Shown here piece by piece: positions 47,994-59,883 of a DNA stretch of 64,000 nt. The notes beneath the pieces are model-generated. The model did no database searches. It had not been told where the DNA came from and saw nothing but the letters and a program-made list of their open reading frames with translations. A program made the translations under genes and the position numbers. Positions within the stretch are counted from its first letter, which is position 1. Every line of letters starts with the position of its first letter. The stretch comes from Sarea resinae (Eukaryota), in assembly GCA_026026165.1 (NCBI GenBank), contig JAPEUD010000036.1, forward strand, positions 1 through 64,000, given 5' to 3'.

Positions 47994-50900
47994 ATGCCCA
48001 TGTCCCGCGCTCTCTCTCCACGGACCAGCCGCTTCTCGCGAGATGGCTTCCAGCCGCTCAAGACCTCGCGATCCAACAACGACATGAACCCCAACGATGC
48101 CACCATCGACATCCCGCTCACCAACGTCACCAGTCGGGGCACGACGGGCGCTCGCAAGGCCGATCGCAGCCCGTCCCCGTCGGGATATGTGTCCCAGCCC
48201 GATTTCCAGGCCGCATCCGGCAGCGAGAAGTCGGGCCTCTTTCAACGGCCCGGCACCGGCGGTCGACGAAAGATCAACAAGCTCAACTCCAAGGGCGAGC
48301 CGACGGGTCGTGTGGGCACCGATGGCGTCGAGGAGTCATTGACCCAGATGGGCAAAATCTACACCAAAGTCTTGAACTTTTCCGTCTTCGCCAGATACAT
48401 CGTCTACATCCTTCCGCTGGCCATTGCCATCGCGATCCCGATCATCGTCGGAGCCACCGTGGCAGAGCATGCGGACATCGGCGGGGTTCGCATCGTCTGG
48501 GTCTTCACGTGGATCGAGATCGTCTGGCTGAGTCTGTGGGGATCGAAGGTGGTCTCTCGGCTACTGCCGACGCTGTTTCAGTTCCTCTGTGGCATCGTGA
48601 GCTCGGGGACGAGGAAGTATGCGCTGCTGATCAAGTCACTCGAGATCCCTCTCTCGCTGTGCGGCTGGGCTCTCGTGTCACTGGCCACGTTCATCCCCAT
48701 GATGACTCGCAACCCGGATACGCGTGCGGCGGCCGCCAAGGATTCCAAGGCCGGTGGCATCAAGGAATGGGAGTCGGTCGTGCAGAAGATCCTCGCCGCG
48801 GCCATGGTCGCTTCGCTGGTCTTTCTGGCGGAGAAGTTCTTCATCCAGATCTTGTCGATCAACTATCACCGGCGACAGTTCAATGGCCGGATTCACGAGT
48901 CAAAGCACAAGATCTGGCTGCTCAGCTTGCTCTATGATGCGTCGAGGCAACTGTTCCCTGCATACTGCCATGAGTTCGCCGACGAGGACTACCTGATCCA
49001 CGATGCTATCGAACTCCCGTCCAGCAGGAGAGGGCTGCACCACCGATCGGGCTCGTCGAACCCCATGAGGATCATCCAGAATGTGGGCCGGGTGGGAGAC
49101 AAAATTACGTCGGCCTTTGGCAACGTCGCCCATGAAATCACCGGCAAGGAGGTCTTCAACCCGAACTCGGCCCATTCGGTCGTCGTCGAGGCCCTCGAAA
49201 AGAAGCGGCCATCCGAAGCTCTGGCGAAACGTCTGTGGATGTCCTTTGTCGTCGAAGGGAAAGACGCGCTTTACTTGGATGACATTGTCGAGGTGCTCGG
49301 ATCGGACCGGCAGGAAGAGGCCGAGGAATGTTTCTTCTCGTTGGACCAGGACGGCAACGGAGATGTCAGTCTCGACGAGATGATCATGACGATTGCCGAG
49401 ATCGGTCGCGAACGCAAATCGATCGCCAACAGCATGCATGACGTCGACCAGGCGATCCACGTTCTCGACCGAATGCTGTGCACGGTCGTTTTTGTCATTG
49501 TCGTCTTCATCTTCATCGCGTTCCTCAACAAGTCCTTTACCACCACTCTGGCGACCGCCGGTACCGCTTTCCTGTCGATGTCTTTTGTCTTCTCCGTCAG
49601 CGCCCAGGAGATCTTGGGGTCCTGCATTTTCCTATTCGTCAAGCACCCTTATGATATCGGCGACCGCGTGGATATCGGACAGGATCAGCTCACCGTGGAG
49701 CACATATCTCTGCTCTACACCGTCTTCAAGCGCGTGAGCAACCATAGGATGGTGCAGATCCCCAACATCGTCATGAACACCCTCTGGGTCGAGAACATCT
49801 CGCGATCCCGAGCCATGCGAGAGCAACTGAGCATCTTTGTCAGCATCGACACGACGCTGGAGGATATTCAGGCTCTTAGAGACGAGATGCAAGCGTTCGT
49901 CACGGACAAGGACAACTCGAGGGACTTCCAGCCCGAGATTGACGTCGAGGTTCTCGGTATTTCCGAGATGGACAAGATGGAGCTGAGAGTTGAGATCCGA
50001 CACAAGGTAAGCCCCTTGATCTCCATACACAACCCCTTTTACCTTCTGACTAACAATTTCTCAGAGTAACTGGGCCAACGAAACCGTCCGAGCGGCGCGC
50101 CGTTCGAAGTTCATGTGCGCTCTCGTGCTCGCTCTCCGCCGAATCCCCGTCTTCGGGCCCTCTGGCGGCGGGGCCGCGCTCGGCGATCCCGCGAACCCCA
50201 GCTACTCCGTTACGGTCAGCGACGCCGAAGCGGCGGCTAAACGCGCCGAATACGCCGAGACGCAAGACGCGGCGCGATTGCACGCGCCGTCGGCGCCCAA
50301 GGGAAAAGTGTCGGACGCCATGTCCGGCAGCCAATCCGATGGACTCAGCAAAATCAAATCAGCCGGCAGTGGCGACCCGCGCATCACCATCGACGGGCCC
50401 TCGGAGCATGCAATCGTCAACTCGCTCAACGCGCGTACGCCGCTCATCGACCACGCCCGCGACGACTACGACGTCTACCACCGCGACGACCTGAGCCTCA
50501 GCCGCGTCAGCACGGAACGCGGACGTGCTTCCTCTGACACTCACCGGATCCACGGCAACGTCAAGGATAGCCTCGATGTCGACACCGACGCCAGCAACAT
50601 GCTCCGTCGCGCGAGCACCAAGGGAAGGCGGAAACCCAACATGGCGCCTGCTGCGGCGCCGTCCGCAACGTCTGTGCTAGGGGCGTCGACGGCGCTTCCT
50701 GAAGCCGGGCAGGCCGGGCTCGGGCAGCAGCAGCAGCAACAAACAGCATCGAACTATCTCCAGCCAATCAATGAGCCCCCATTCCTCCCTGCGCACGGTT
50801 ACGAGGAGTACTCGCTCGAGCCGTCCCAACCGAATATTGACAGCAGCGGCAGGGAGGAAGCCCATTCGCCGTTTGCCGACCCCTATTCTAGCTCCTCACC

Positions 50901-51177
50901 GCCGGATCGCGATCACGCGTACGAGATGAGCGAGTATGACGATCTTGGTCATGGGCATGGAAACGGGACTGGAGGTCGGACGGCCCAGTATCAGATTGCT
51001 CAACAACAGCAACAACAGCAGCAGCAGCCGAATCGGAATCAGTACGATCGGAGTCTCTCTCCGCCGGCGGGAAACGCGTTTGCTCAGGCGCAGGCGCAGC
51101 AACGGCAGCAGCAGGGGCCGCAGGGGCCGAGTCAGCCGAGACAGCTGTTGAATCAGCAAGGGTCGCAGCCGCAGTGA
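47994..51177 (+). CDS. MscS-like mechanosensitive ion channel (Msy1/Msy2 type) with EF-hand, 2 exons
   Basis: Multiple TM helices, EF-hand DQDGNGDVSLDE, MscS motif SCIFLFVKHPYDIGDRV, WVENISRS, and HK|SNWANETVRAARRSKFMCALV across intron 50007-50064. Gln-rich tail. Confidence 0.93.
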
Positions 51178-51329
51178 CAGAGTGATTAGTCTCCCTGGGC
51201 GGGCTCGGCGGGGCACTCTCGTGGAGCCGGCCAGGCCAGGCCAGGCATAGGGCTGGATGAGAGTCCGCACGGCCCGATCTAGAGTCACGAGTCTTTCTCT
51301 GTTCTTTTCTAGTCATGTTTGTCAACGAG

Positions 51330-51545
51330 TCTCTTCTTGGCTACCTTGGGTATGCAATGTATGCATATATGCGTGTATGTAAATTGGGTCTTGGACGTCC
51401 ATACTGTTTGTTTTCTGTTTACTTACTAGATGGGTATCTCTTCTTGGCTATCTCCGTATCTGCATATCTGTATGTAAATGGGTCCACTTAGACGTCCATA
51501 CTGTGTCTTTTTTTTTTTGGAGGGGGGTCAAGTAGATGGGTATAT
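51330..51545. repeat. Degenerate ~105-bp tandem duplication in the MscS 3' region
   Basis: The blocks TCTCTTCTTGGCTA, GTATGTAAAT, GACGTCCATACTGT and TAGATGGGTAT each occur twice in the same order. Confidence 0.75.
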
Positions 51546-52282
51546 ATAGAGGGTCTGGGCTATCGAGTATCATGATCCAGTATCAAGCATCCTGGATAGT
51601 CCAAAGCATTCCAGTCTATAGTATCGAGATTGCCAATCTCTTCCTGCATCGTGATCGGACCTAGCAGTGTGTCGGTGTATCGGTGTGTCGGTGTGATCAG
51701 TGTATCAATGTGTTCTGTATCCATTCACCCCGTCGTATCCTCTGCCCTTTTTTCTCTAGCTTGTTCTGCCTCCTTTCGCCTCCCCTTTCGCCTTCTTCCG
51801 GCTTCTCCTCCGGCTTCTCTCTCCTCCGGCTCGTTCGGACATGTATGTATAGGTACGTGTGTACGTGTGTATATGTGCATGTGTGTTGGCGTGTCTGTCT
51901 GTTTGTTTGTTGGCTTGTTTGCTTGTGTAGAGGTGGGGATAGGTACATCTCCGATCTCAGATAGTAAATCTTCCAACGACGAAGACGAAGACGATGACGA
52001 TGACGAAGATGAAGACGAAAGCAGACCAGACCAGACCGGACTAACGCCTCTGATGCCCCCTTGGTGCTTGCAATGCTTTCAATGCTCCGGGCGGACGCCT
52101 CGGACGCCCCTTGATGCTCCGGACGCTTTCTGAACGCCAGGCACAGACAGACTAAACGGCCAAGAAAGAGAATGGGAAAAAAACAAATAAACAAATAAAG
52201 CGAAACACACTCCACCACTCACCACCACCACCGCTACCACTACTACTACCACTACCACTACTAGTGTCGTCCCGTTGCACGT

Positions 52283-52315
52283 CTGCAAGCTGCAAGCTGC
52301 AAGCTGCAAGCTGCA
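52283..52315. repeat. 7-bp tandem repeat (CTGCAAG) x4-5
   Basis: Directly visible just past the ARP6 stop. Confidence 0.85.
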
Positions 52316-52342
52316 CTTCCACCGAACCAATCGCCACAAAAT

Positions 52343-54229
52343 CTAACGGTTCGCACCGCCCCCGCCACCACCACCAGGAGCAGGGCCAGAAGCAGACCCA
52401 GGCGCAGAAAGAGGTGCAGCGAACCGCCGAGCAAGCCACCCGGCGCCATTTTCGAGATATTCCTGGCGCGTGACCAGGAGTGAGCGGAGGGTTGTTTCGT
52501 TCGTGGTGGTGGTGGTGGTGGCGGTGGTGTTGTTCTTGTTTTTGGTGTTGGTGTTGGTGTTTGGGGTGGTGGTGGAGGCGGCCGCGGCGTTGGCCAGATG
52601 GACGCCGCCGAGCCAGGTCGATTTGATTGGGCTGTTTCAAGAGGGAGGGAGGGGGAGAGAGAGTTAGTGGGGGTGTTTTTGGTGGTTGTTGTGGTTTTGG
52701 GGGAGGGGAAGAGGAGGTGCTGAAGGGAGGAGGGGAGGAGGGGAGGGATTTGATTGTTTGAGACGGTGGGGGAAAGGAAGGGGAGGGTACGGGAAGAGGT
52801 TAAGGATACGGGAAGAGGGCAAGGGCACGGAAGAGTTAAAGGTAAGAGAGGAGGTGAAGGTAGGAGAGGACATGAGGGTACGAGAAGGGCAAAGGCACGA
52901 GAGGTAAGGAGTGAGAGGAGTAAAGAGTGAGATGACTTACTCGGGCGGCGAAGCAATACGAATGACGCATTCCGTAGGAGCCAGCGGGCGCAGCTCCATC
53001 TCCAGCCTCTCTCGAAACCCCTGGATCCGCGCATTCCCGCCCACCACGACGATATTCGCCAGCATGGCCGGCCACAGCCCGCTGGGCAGCGCCGACAGAC
53101 TCTGCATGATGCTCTCGGCCAGCCCGGCCTGCCGCATGCCAATGTCCGTCGGGCTGAACAGCAGCTCCGGCACCGCGAACCGCTCGTTGCCCAGCGTCAT
53201 GAGATCTTCGCTGCCCTCGCCCGCCGCGGCGCCGACTTTCTTCAGCTTGGCCCCGGCAGATGCGTCGTGTGCACGCATGAAGCCCTGGGCGTGTGTGTTG
53301 TAGTCCGGGAGCACGTAGTCGACGACAATGTCACTCTTCGGGCCTCTGGAATTGCCCTTCCATGTCCGTTCCAGATCCGCTTTGAAGTCGGCGCTGACAA
53401 AGGATGCCGCTTCTTTGACTTCGTTCATCAGATGCGTCTCGTCCATCATGTTGTAGTGGCGCACCGAGACCAGCTCCTTGAGGTAGTTGGTGAGCAGTTT
53501 GCCGCCAATGTCGAGCCGGCGAATGGCGCGCTGCACGGCCCGGCCTTGATAGACGGGCGTGATGGTCGTGTGCGAGTAGCCCGAGTCGACGAGCAGGATG
53601 CATTCGGCCGGCTGGATCGGCGCCGACGAGTCGCGGGCTGCGTCGCCGTAGAGTGCGCCAATGTCGTTGTAAGCGTTGAGCGGTGGTCCTGAGATGGTCA
53701 GCTCATGACCAGAGATAGAATTGTCATATACGGACCAAGGCAGCGATAGTAGGCCGAGAACTCGTACTCCTCGAAAACGATCTGGTCGGTGTTTGTCGAC
53801 AACGCCGGCAGGGCATTTGGCGCCTCTGTGAGAATCAGATTTGTCTCATGGGGATCGCACTATTTCCATTGTCAGCACGCACGCAGGCAGACAACCGGTA
53901 TTGAAGACCAGGCTGACCTTCAGCTTGGCGTCCTTGTTGAAGAACGAATGATCCCAGATCTCCTTCTCGGCCTCCCAGTTGACCAGATATCCCTTCTCCA
54001 TCGGCCGCCGAAACATCATCTCTCCAAAGTCCTTGCAGCTCTCCAGCTGTGCGCCGACATAGACACGCTTGTTGCGGCTGCGCGCCATGCAGTTCGGAAT
54101 GACATGGCAGTCTTTCTCGGGATCGGGACACGGGCTCGCAAAGCCGGCTTTGATGGTGTACGCGCCGTTGTCAACCACGAGGGTGCGGTCGGCGAGCAAG
54201 GGGCCCGCGGATCGGGCTTGACGTGGCAT
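52343..54229 (-). CDS. ARP6: Actin-related protein 6 (SWR1 complex), 4 exons
   Basis: TLVVDNGAYTIKAGF, FRRPMEKGYLVNWEAEKEIW, LLVDSGYSHT, GGKLLTNYLKELVSVRHYNMMDET, YVLPDY and LGNERFAVPELLFSPTDIG. The last exon reads DPIKSTWLGG...VTRQEYLENG. Confidence 0.93.
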
Positions 54230-54337
54230 TCTGTCACGATGGGCTGTGCAGGTGTTGCAGTGTCATTGTTGTGGAGCGTGGATGCGCGTCAAGGTGAAGG
54301 AGGATGAAATACAGAGATGGAGATGGCGATTTACGCG

Positions 54338-54386
54338 ATACGATATGATATGATAAGATGGTAAGATAAGATAAGATAAGATAAGA
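54338..54386. repeat. (GATAT/GATAA)n pentanucleotide repeat
   Basis: Directly visible upstream of ARP6. Confidence 0.85.
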
Positions 54387-55183
54387 TGGATTCCATCGGG
54401 TCGCTGATCCCTTGCTGCTCATCCAATGCTTCCAAGTTGCCTATCATCCGAATTGTTTTGCACTCAATCTGCCCATTGCATCCTTCTGATCCCCAATGAA
54501 ATCTTCTCGACGCGCTTGCCAGTCGCCAGTTGGTGATTTGGCCCATGCCAGTCCTAAATGGCCTCGGCCCCCGTCGACATGGATGCAGCGTTGCATCGCG
54601 GGTAGCAAGCAAGGATTGCGGAACAGGCGACCAAGTTGGTCATGAAACACCGAAACAGCGCGATTCGATATTTCCGGGGCAAAGGGGGGCCGGAAACGCT
54701 GCAAAGTAACCCCAAGTAAGCCAATTCCTCTTGTTGTCGGACCATCAGAGGGAAACCATGGAAGCCACGGAATCATGAGGATCGGAGATGTACGAAGTGA
54801 AGCATTTTCGAGAATTGGGCAGATGAGATGGGGCCAACGGATGGATGTACTTTGTCCCCGCCCGAGTTGGACATGTTGCGCATCTCAGGGCTGGCCGTGC
54901 CCTTGCATCTTGATCGCATGGCATGGCATGGCATGGCACGATGGATCTTGGCGTGTTGGCTTACATCAGACGGAAGCTATTCGATGGAGGGGCGGCTGAG
55001 AAGCTCAAAGGAGGCTTCAACTGCTTCGCCATTGCCCTTGCATGGGTGTTTGCTGCAGCCTGTTCTTCGTCTTTTCTACAACAACATAAGAGCGGACCTT
55101 CATTCCTTCTTGGTCTTTACACTATTCGATTGCATGCTGGCTCATGCTTTGATCCCGCTCTCTACTGTCTGATAGCATTCGTT

Positions 55184-57019
55184 ATGGCTTTTTCAATTAA
55201 GCTGGCCTTGGCCTCTCTTTCTCTTTCGCTGCCTCTGATCGCTGCCGTCAACAACACCGTCAGCAACAGTAATCTGCAAACGTGGTGGCACGACTCGGGA
55301 GAGATCAACTACCAGACAGCCGTACAGCCAGGCAATGTCCGTCAGTCGCACATGTACTCGGTCCAGGTGAGCTCGTCGAGCGACTCCAGCGACACTTACT
55401 ACGACTCTTTCGTTTACGAGACCATACCTCGCAATGGCAATGGCAACATCTTGGTCCCCAATGACCCGTCGTCAACCACGGACCAGGATGATGGAATCAC
55501 AATCGAAGCAGACATCGAGTTGACCATGGCCTGGTCTGAATTCCTGTATGCGAGCGCCGTCACCGTCAAGATCTCTCGCCTGGACGGAACCATCTCCAAC
55601 ACCAGCGATGTCGTCATCCGACCTAGCACTCTATCCTACGATATCTCTGATTCGGACGGCGATATCTATATCAACGTACCCTACAGTGCCCAGGGATCCC
55701 GATTTTCTGTCGAATTCCAAGACAATCTCTACAGTTTCCACGATAGCTGCACGACGCCAACCTGTGGCTATGTTCAAGATTCAGATCCGTCGGGGCCCAA
55801 CTATACGGACGGGTATACCGACAACAATCCCGTGATGGGAATCGAGCCTCTCGATTCGCTATTGATCTTTGCCAGTCCTTTCCCGTCAGAAGATTTGGTT
55901 CCCGACTCGAGCGCATCGTCTTCTCTCGTCGTCGAACCCGGCCTTGTCACCGGTCTGAACGAGACACAGCAGTCGACTGTTATTTTTCAGGCGGGCGTAT
56001 ATTGGTTCACGGGCACCGCGCACGCCAACCTCAGCTCAAGTGTCAATTGGGTCTACTTCGCTCCTGGCTCTTACGTCAAGGGAGCCGTCGAGTTCAATAC
56101 AGATGCTGCTGAGATGAAAGCCACCGGGTATGGCGTGCTGTCCGGGGAACAATATGTCTATCAAGCCAACCCGTCAAGCGGCTATTCCAATGAGCAGTCA
56201 AATGGTAATGACTTGAGGATGTGGTCCGGTGTCAGCGCGTCTGGGCAACAGCAGACGTTCCTTGTCAATGGCGTAACCATAAACGCTCCTCCGTTCAACA
56301 GCATGGACTTCACTGGCGATCTAGATTCCCTTTCCGTTCAAGCATGGGACTACAAGCAAGTCGGAGCCTTCTTCGGCCAGACCGACGGGCTCGAGATTTA
56401 CCCGGGCTCCTTCATCCGCGACGTCTTCTACCACTCCAACGACGACACTATCAAGACGTACTACTCGAACGTCGACGTCGAGCGGCTAGTTATCTGGAAG
56501 GCGCACACGGCTCCCATCATTCAATTCGGCTGGTCCTCGCGGTCCACCTCCAATATCACCGTCAACGAAGTAGACGTTATTCATTCCAGGTGGAACAGCA
56601 ACGGCAGCCATCCCAGTATCATCGGGTCGAATCAGGTATACCTCATCTCGGAAGACACAACCGACACAGCAGACCTCAGCAACACGATCACGGATACGAC
56701 GTACTCGAACATTCGCGGCGAGGGCATCAGCGGCAATCTCTTCCGCATCTGCCCGTTGGCCAACTTCCAGAACTTCAACATCGAGAACGTGACGATCGAG
56801 TCGTTCCCGATCGCATCGAGTGGCATTAGTGATAGCGAGCTGGTCGCCTTTACGGACTCGAGCGGACAATCCGTGTCTCTATCCAACTTTGTGATCAGCA
56901 ACTTCTACGTTGGAGATACGAAGGTCTCGACGGCTAACGGTAATTGGGACTCGACCTCGCTCGGGAACCTGAACATTGCCTCTATCTTTATGAGCTCCGG
57001 CAATGTGACGATCGATTAG
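55184..57019 (+). CDS. Secreted glycoside hydrolase family 49 (dextranase/isopullulanase-like), intronless
   Basis: Signal peptide MAFSIKLALASLSLSLPLIAA. GH49 motifs LQTWWHDSGEIN, VRQSHMYSVQV, DSFVYETIPRNGNG, WVYFAPGSYVKGA and GYGVLSGEQYVYQAN. Catalytic region DYKQVGAFFGQTDGLEIY...FYHSNDDTIK has all three Asp intact. Confidence 0.93.
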   Translation: MAFSIKLALASLSLSLPLIAAVNNTVSNSNLQTWWHDSGEINYQTAVQPGNVRQSHMYSVQVSSSSDSSDTYYDSFVYETIPRNGNGNILVPNDPSSTTDQDDGITIEADIELTMAWSEFLYASAVTVKISRLDGTISNTSDVVIRPSTLSYDISDSDGDIYINVPYSAQGSRFSVEFQDNLYSFHDSCTTPTCGYVQDSDPSGPNYTDGYTDNNPVMGIEPLDSLLIFASPFPSEDLVPDSSASSSLVVEPGLVTGLNETQQSTVIFQAGVYWFTGTAHANLSSSVNWVYFAPGSYVKGAVEFNTDAAEMKATGYGVLSGEQYVYQANPSSGYSNEQSNGNDLRMWSGVSASGQQQTFLVNGVTINAPPFNSMDFTGDLDSLSVQAWDYKQVGAFFGQTDGLEIYPGSFIRDVFYHSNDDTIKTYYSNVDVERLVIWKAHTAPIIQFGWSSRSTSNITVNEVDVIHSRWNSNGSHPSIIGSNQVYLISEDTTDTADLSNTITDTTYSNIRGEGISGNLFRICPLANFQNFNIENVTIESFPIASSGISDSELVAFTDSSGQSVSLSNFVISNFYVGDTKVSTANGNWDSTSLGNLNIASIFMSSGNVTID

Positions 57020-57417
57020 TGTTAGGCCGTTGCGAGAGGAGAGGAAAGAGAAAGACTTCAGACGTAATTATATTTCTCGTGTACGGCTATGCAGGACGTC
57101 AGATCCTGAATTCAATATAGAAAAACACCAAAATTAAACCTGTATCATCATCATTTCATCTCCTAAACCCTCGCCCCGTCTCAAATGTCATCTGTTGCCT
57201 AGAAGCGTAAGACGAGACCGTTCGCTTAAAGCGGCTTCGGTGAGTGGTGACTCGTCGCATGGCGGGGCCCTCGACCCCATTGCCCCAAACAACATCGACA
57301 CAAGAATTCCAAAAAAAAAGTCGCTCTTCTACTCGTATTGACAAAAACCCCCGCCCTGTGTGGAGACAAAACAACAACCCCACAAACACAGACCGCAACA
57401 GCGAGCACCATCTCAAG

Positions 57418-58806
57418 ATGTCCTCAAAATCCTCAAAAGACATGGCGACGCTCTCCCAAACCCTCCAGACAACACAAGCGCTTCTAACGCAATTCCTCAC
57501 ACTGCTGAAACCCAACACGTCCAACCTCCCCCCCGCAAACCGCACGACAGACAACCCGCCCGACGCCCTCGCCGTCCTGCATACCTCGGCCACGCTTCTC
57601 AAGGCACAGACGACGAAGCTCGCGCTCCTGCTCACCACGCCGCCGTTTACGCCGACCGCGCTCACGACCGTCGTGCGCGCTATTGCGAATACGTGTTTGC
57701 CGGCCATGATGACCGCGGTGGAGCTCTGCCGGCCGGAAGTGTATACGGAGACGATGCGGAAGGAGGTCCAGGCGAGGGTGCGGCGGGCGTTGGTGGAGCT
57801 GCAGAGGCTAGTGGAGGAGGTAGGCGTCGTTGCGGGTAGAGTAGAGGCCGAAGAAGAGGCAGGGACAGCGGCCACGGAGAAGGAGAAGGGCGAGAAGAAA
57901 GAGGGGAAAGAAAATGGGAACGCCAGTCTCACGTCGTCTGCCTCGAAGAAGAAACCAGCTCCTCCACCGTCGTCATCATCAGGCCGCACCACGCTCGCCT
58001 CCACGGGCGTGCTCTGGGAGGCTTGCGACGCGCTCCTTTTACTCCACACGGAAGGGCTCGCGGGCCTCGTCGCGCGCAAGGCTGAGGAATACTGTGGTCT
58101 GCTCAATGATGCTATCGAGGAGCTGAAAGAATGGAGCCTGGAAACATCCTTTGAAGAAGGCGAAGGAGAGAGCGACAACGACGAGGAAGACTCAGACGAT
58201 GAAGACGACGAATTCGACTTCTTCGGCTCCCCCAACAAACTGCCCAAAGCCGATCCAAAATTGCGCGCACAGCTCAATAGCACGTTGCGGATCCTGAAAC
58301 TCATCTCGCTACTGTATCGGACGGGCATCAAGAGAAGATTTAAATTCCTCCCTGCCATCCCGCCGTCTACGCCGCCTACCACCTCGTCATCACCGTCACC
58401 ATCTTCAACCCCACCATCCCATGCATCAGCCTCAGCACTCCTCGTCGCCCAAAGGATCGACTCTCTAATGCCCCTCATCGCGCTCACCACGACCGACACC
58501 GACGATCTCGCCTCAGCCTTCTACGAGCTCGACGCCGAAGAGGCCGTCCACCTCGTGGACGCATGCACAGACCACGCGAAGCAGGTCGCGGGCGCCTTGC
58601 GGAGCGAGTGGGTCTATGACGCGGTCACCGACGAGGAGCAGAACACCAAGACCCCCAAACCCGACCAAAAGCCCCGATCCCAATCCCAATCCCAATCCCG
58701 TCGCCAGTCGCCCGCGCCCAGGCCTCGAGAAGACGACTTCTCGGCCTGGATCGCGCGTTGGGAGGACTTGCTTGCCATTGAGCTGGCGAAGTTTCGCGAG
58801 CTGTAG
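57418..58806 (+). CDS. GCIP (Grap2 and cyclin-D-interacting) domain protein
   Basis: LLKAQTTKLALL...PPFTPTA, STGVLWEACDAL, LLNDAIEELKEW, an acidic loop and DDLASAFYE match fungal GCIP/CCNDBP1-like helical bundles. The ATG at 57418 is preferred. Confidence 0.8.
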   Translation: MSSKSSKDMATLSQTLQTTQALLTQFLTLLKPNTSNLPPANRTTDNPPDALAVLHTSATLLKAQTTKLALLLTTPPFTPTALTTVVRAIANTCLPAMMTAVELCRPEVYTETMRKEVQARVRRALVELQRLVEEVGVVAGRVEAEEEAGTAATEKEKGEKKEGKENGNASLTSSASKKKPAPPPSSSSGRTTLASTGVLWEACDALLLLHTEGLAGLVARKAEEYCGLLNDAIEELKEWSLETSFEEGEGESDNDEEDSDDEDDEFDFFGSPNKLPKADPKLRAQLNSTLRILKLISLLYRTGIKRRFKFLPAIPPSTPPTTSSSPSPSSTPPSHASASALLVAQRIDSLMPLIALTTTDTDDLASAFYELDAEEAVHLVDACTDHAKQVAGALRSEWVYDAVTDEEQNTKTPKPDQKPRSQSQSQSRRQSPAPRPREDDFSAWIARWEDLLAIELAKFREL

Positions 58807-59301
58807 AGTTTTTTTTTTTTTTTTGGCGTTTCTATATCCGTTTTCCAGTTTCATCCGCACGAGGCAGTGAAGCGTGTCGGACGTGGGCATGGGGATGTAC
58901 ATACACACGCATCAACACGAGTTCCAAATCCAAGTTCCAAGCTCCAAATTCCAAATTCCACGTTCAACTATTGCCATGCAGCCTCACTCATCCACCATGA
59001 ATGAATGAGTGATTGAAAGAAAGAGAGACGAAGGCGAAGGGATGGGAGGAGAGGTGCGAGTTAAAGCTAATGCCAAAGCCAAAGCCAAAACCAGCGTCAA
59101 GGTGTCAAAACCAGCGTCAAGGTGCTAAGATTCCAAGTCAAGCTTTGAGATAGTCATGAAATAACATGAAAACAAAAATGCAATAAAATGCAATTCAATC
59201 TAGTAAAAAAAACATGTAACAGGAATAGAGAAAGCAAACGCGAGGAACAATGATGAGAAGAAGACTAAGAAGAAAGGCGAGAAAGGAATATAGGAATAGA
59301 G

Positions 59302-59390
59302 GAGGAAAAGAAGAAGGAAAAGAAGAAGGAAAAGAAGAAGGAAAAGAAGAAGGAAAAGAAGAAGGAAAAGAAGAAGGAAAAGAAGAAGGG
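59302..59390. repeat. 12-bp purine minisatellite (GAAGGAAAAGAA) x~7
   Basis: Directly visible. It generates the spurious EEGK/FPSS repeat ORFs. Confidence 0.9.
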
Positions 59391-59883
59391 AAGAACAGGA
59401 AGAGATATAGATCCAGAAAAAGAAGAAGAAATTCCATTTACAAGAAGCCCTTACTTACACACACACACAAAGACATCAAATACATACATTCACGAACTAA
59501 CTACTCAAGCAGCAGCCTAATATACAGCCAGCTAACTAGCCAACCAACCGACTAGCCAGACAGGCAGGCAGGCAGACAGTAAGCCATCCAATCTCTATCC
59601 GCTCTTCCCCCCATAATCCATCGAACGGAAAAAAGAAGAAGAAAAAGAAGAGATGAATATTTCAGGGCCAGAAAGAGAAAAGAGAAAAGAGAAAGGAGAA
59701 AGGAGAAAGGAGAAAAGGGTAGATCTCGTATATGCCAGCAGTCTGGGATCTTCCACCCCACTACGGCCATCACCACCACCAGTACTCACTACTACCATCT
59801 ATACTCTTCTCTCTCTTTTAAATTTCCATACATTCTATGCTCAAACCACCTCAACTAAACAGCCAACCGAGCAGATAGTTAAT

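Noticed and set aside
52261..53142. 293-aa minus-strand Pro-rich ORF
   Set aside because: An alternative frame running through the low-complexity ARP6 intron.
54923..55183. 87-aa N-terminal extension of the GH49 ORF
   Set aside because: The signal peptide begins at ATG 55184. The upstream part includes a (TGGCA)n repeat and is not protein-like.
57156..58499. 447-aa minus-strand ORF
   Set aside because: Antisense shadow of the GC-rich GCIP gene. No recognisable motifs.
59195..59555. ORFs with EEGK or FPSS repeats
   Set aside because: Produced by the 12-bp minisatellite in a convergent intergenic region.
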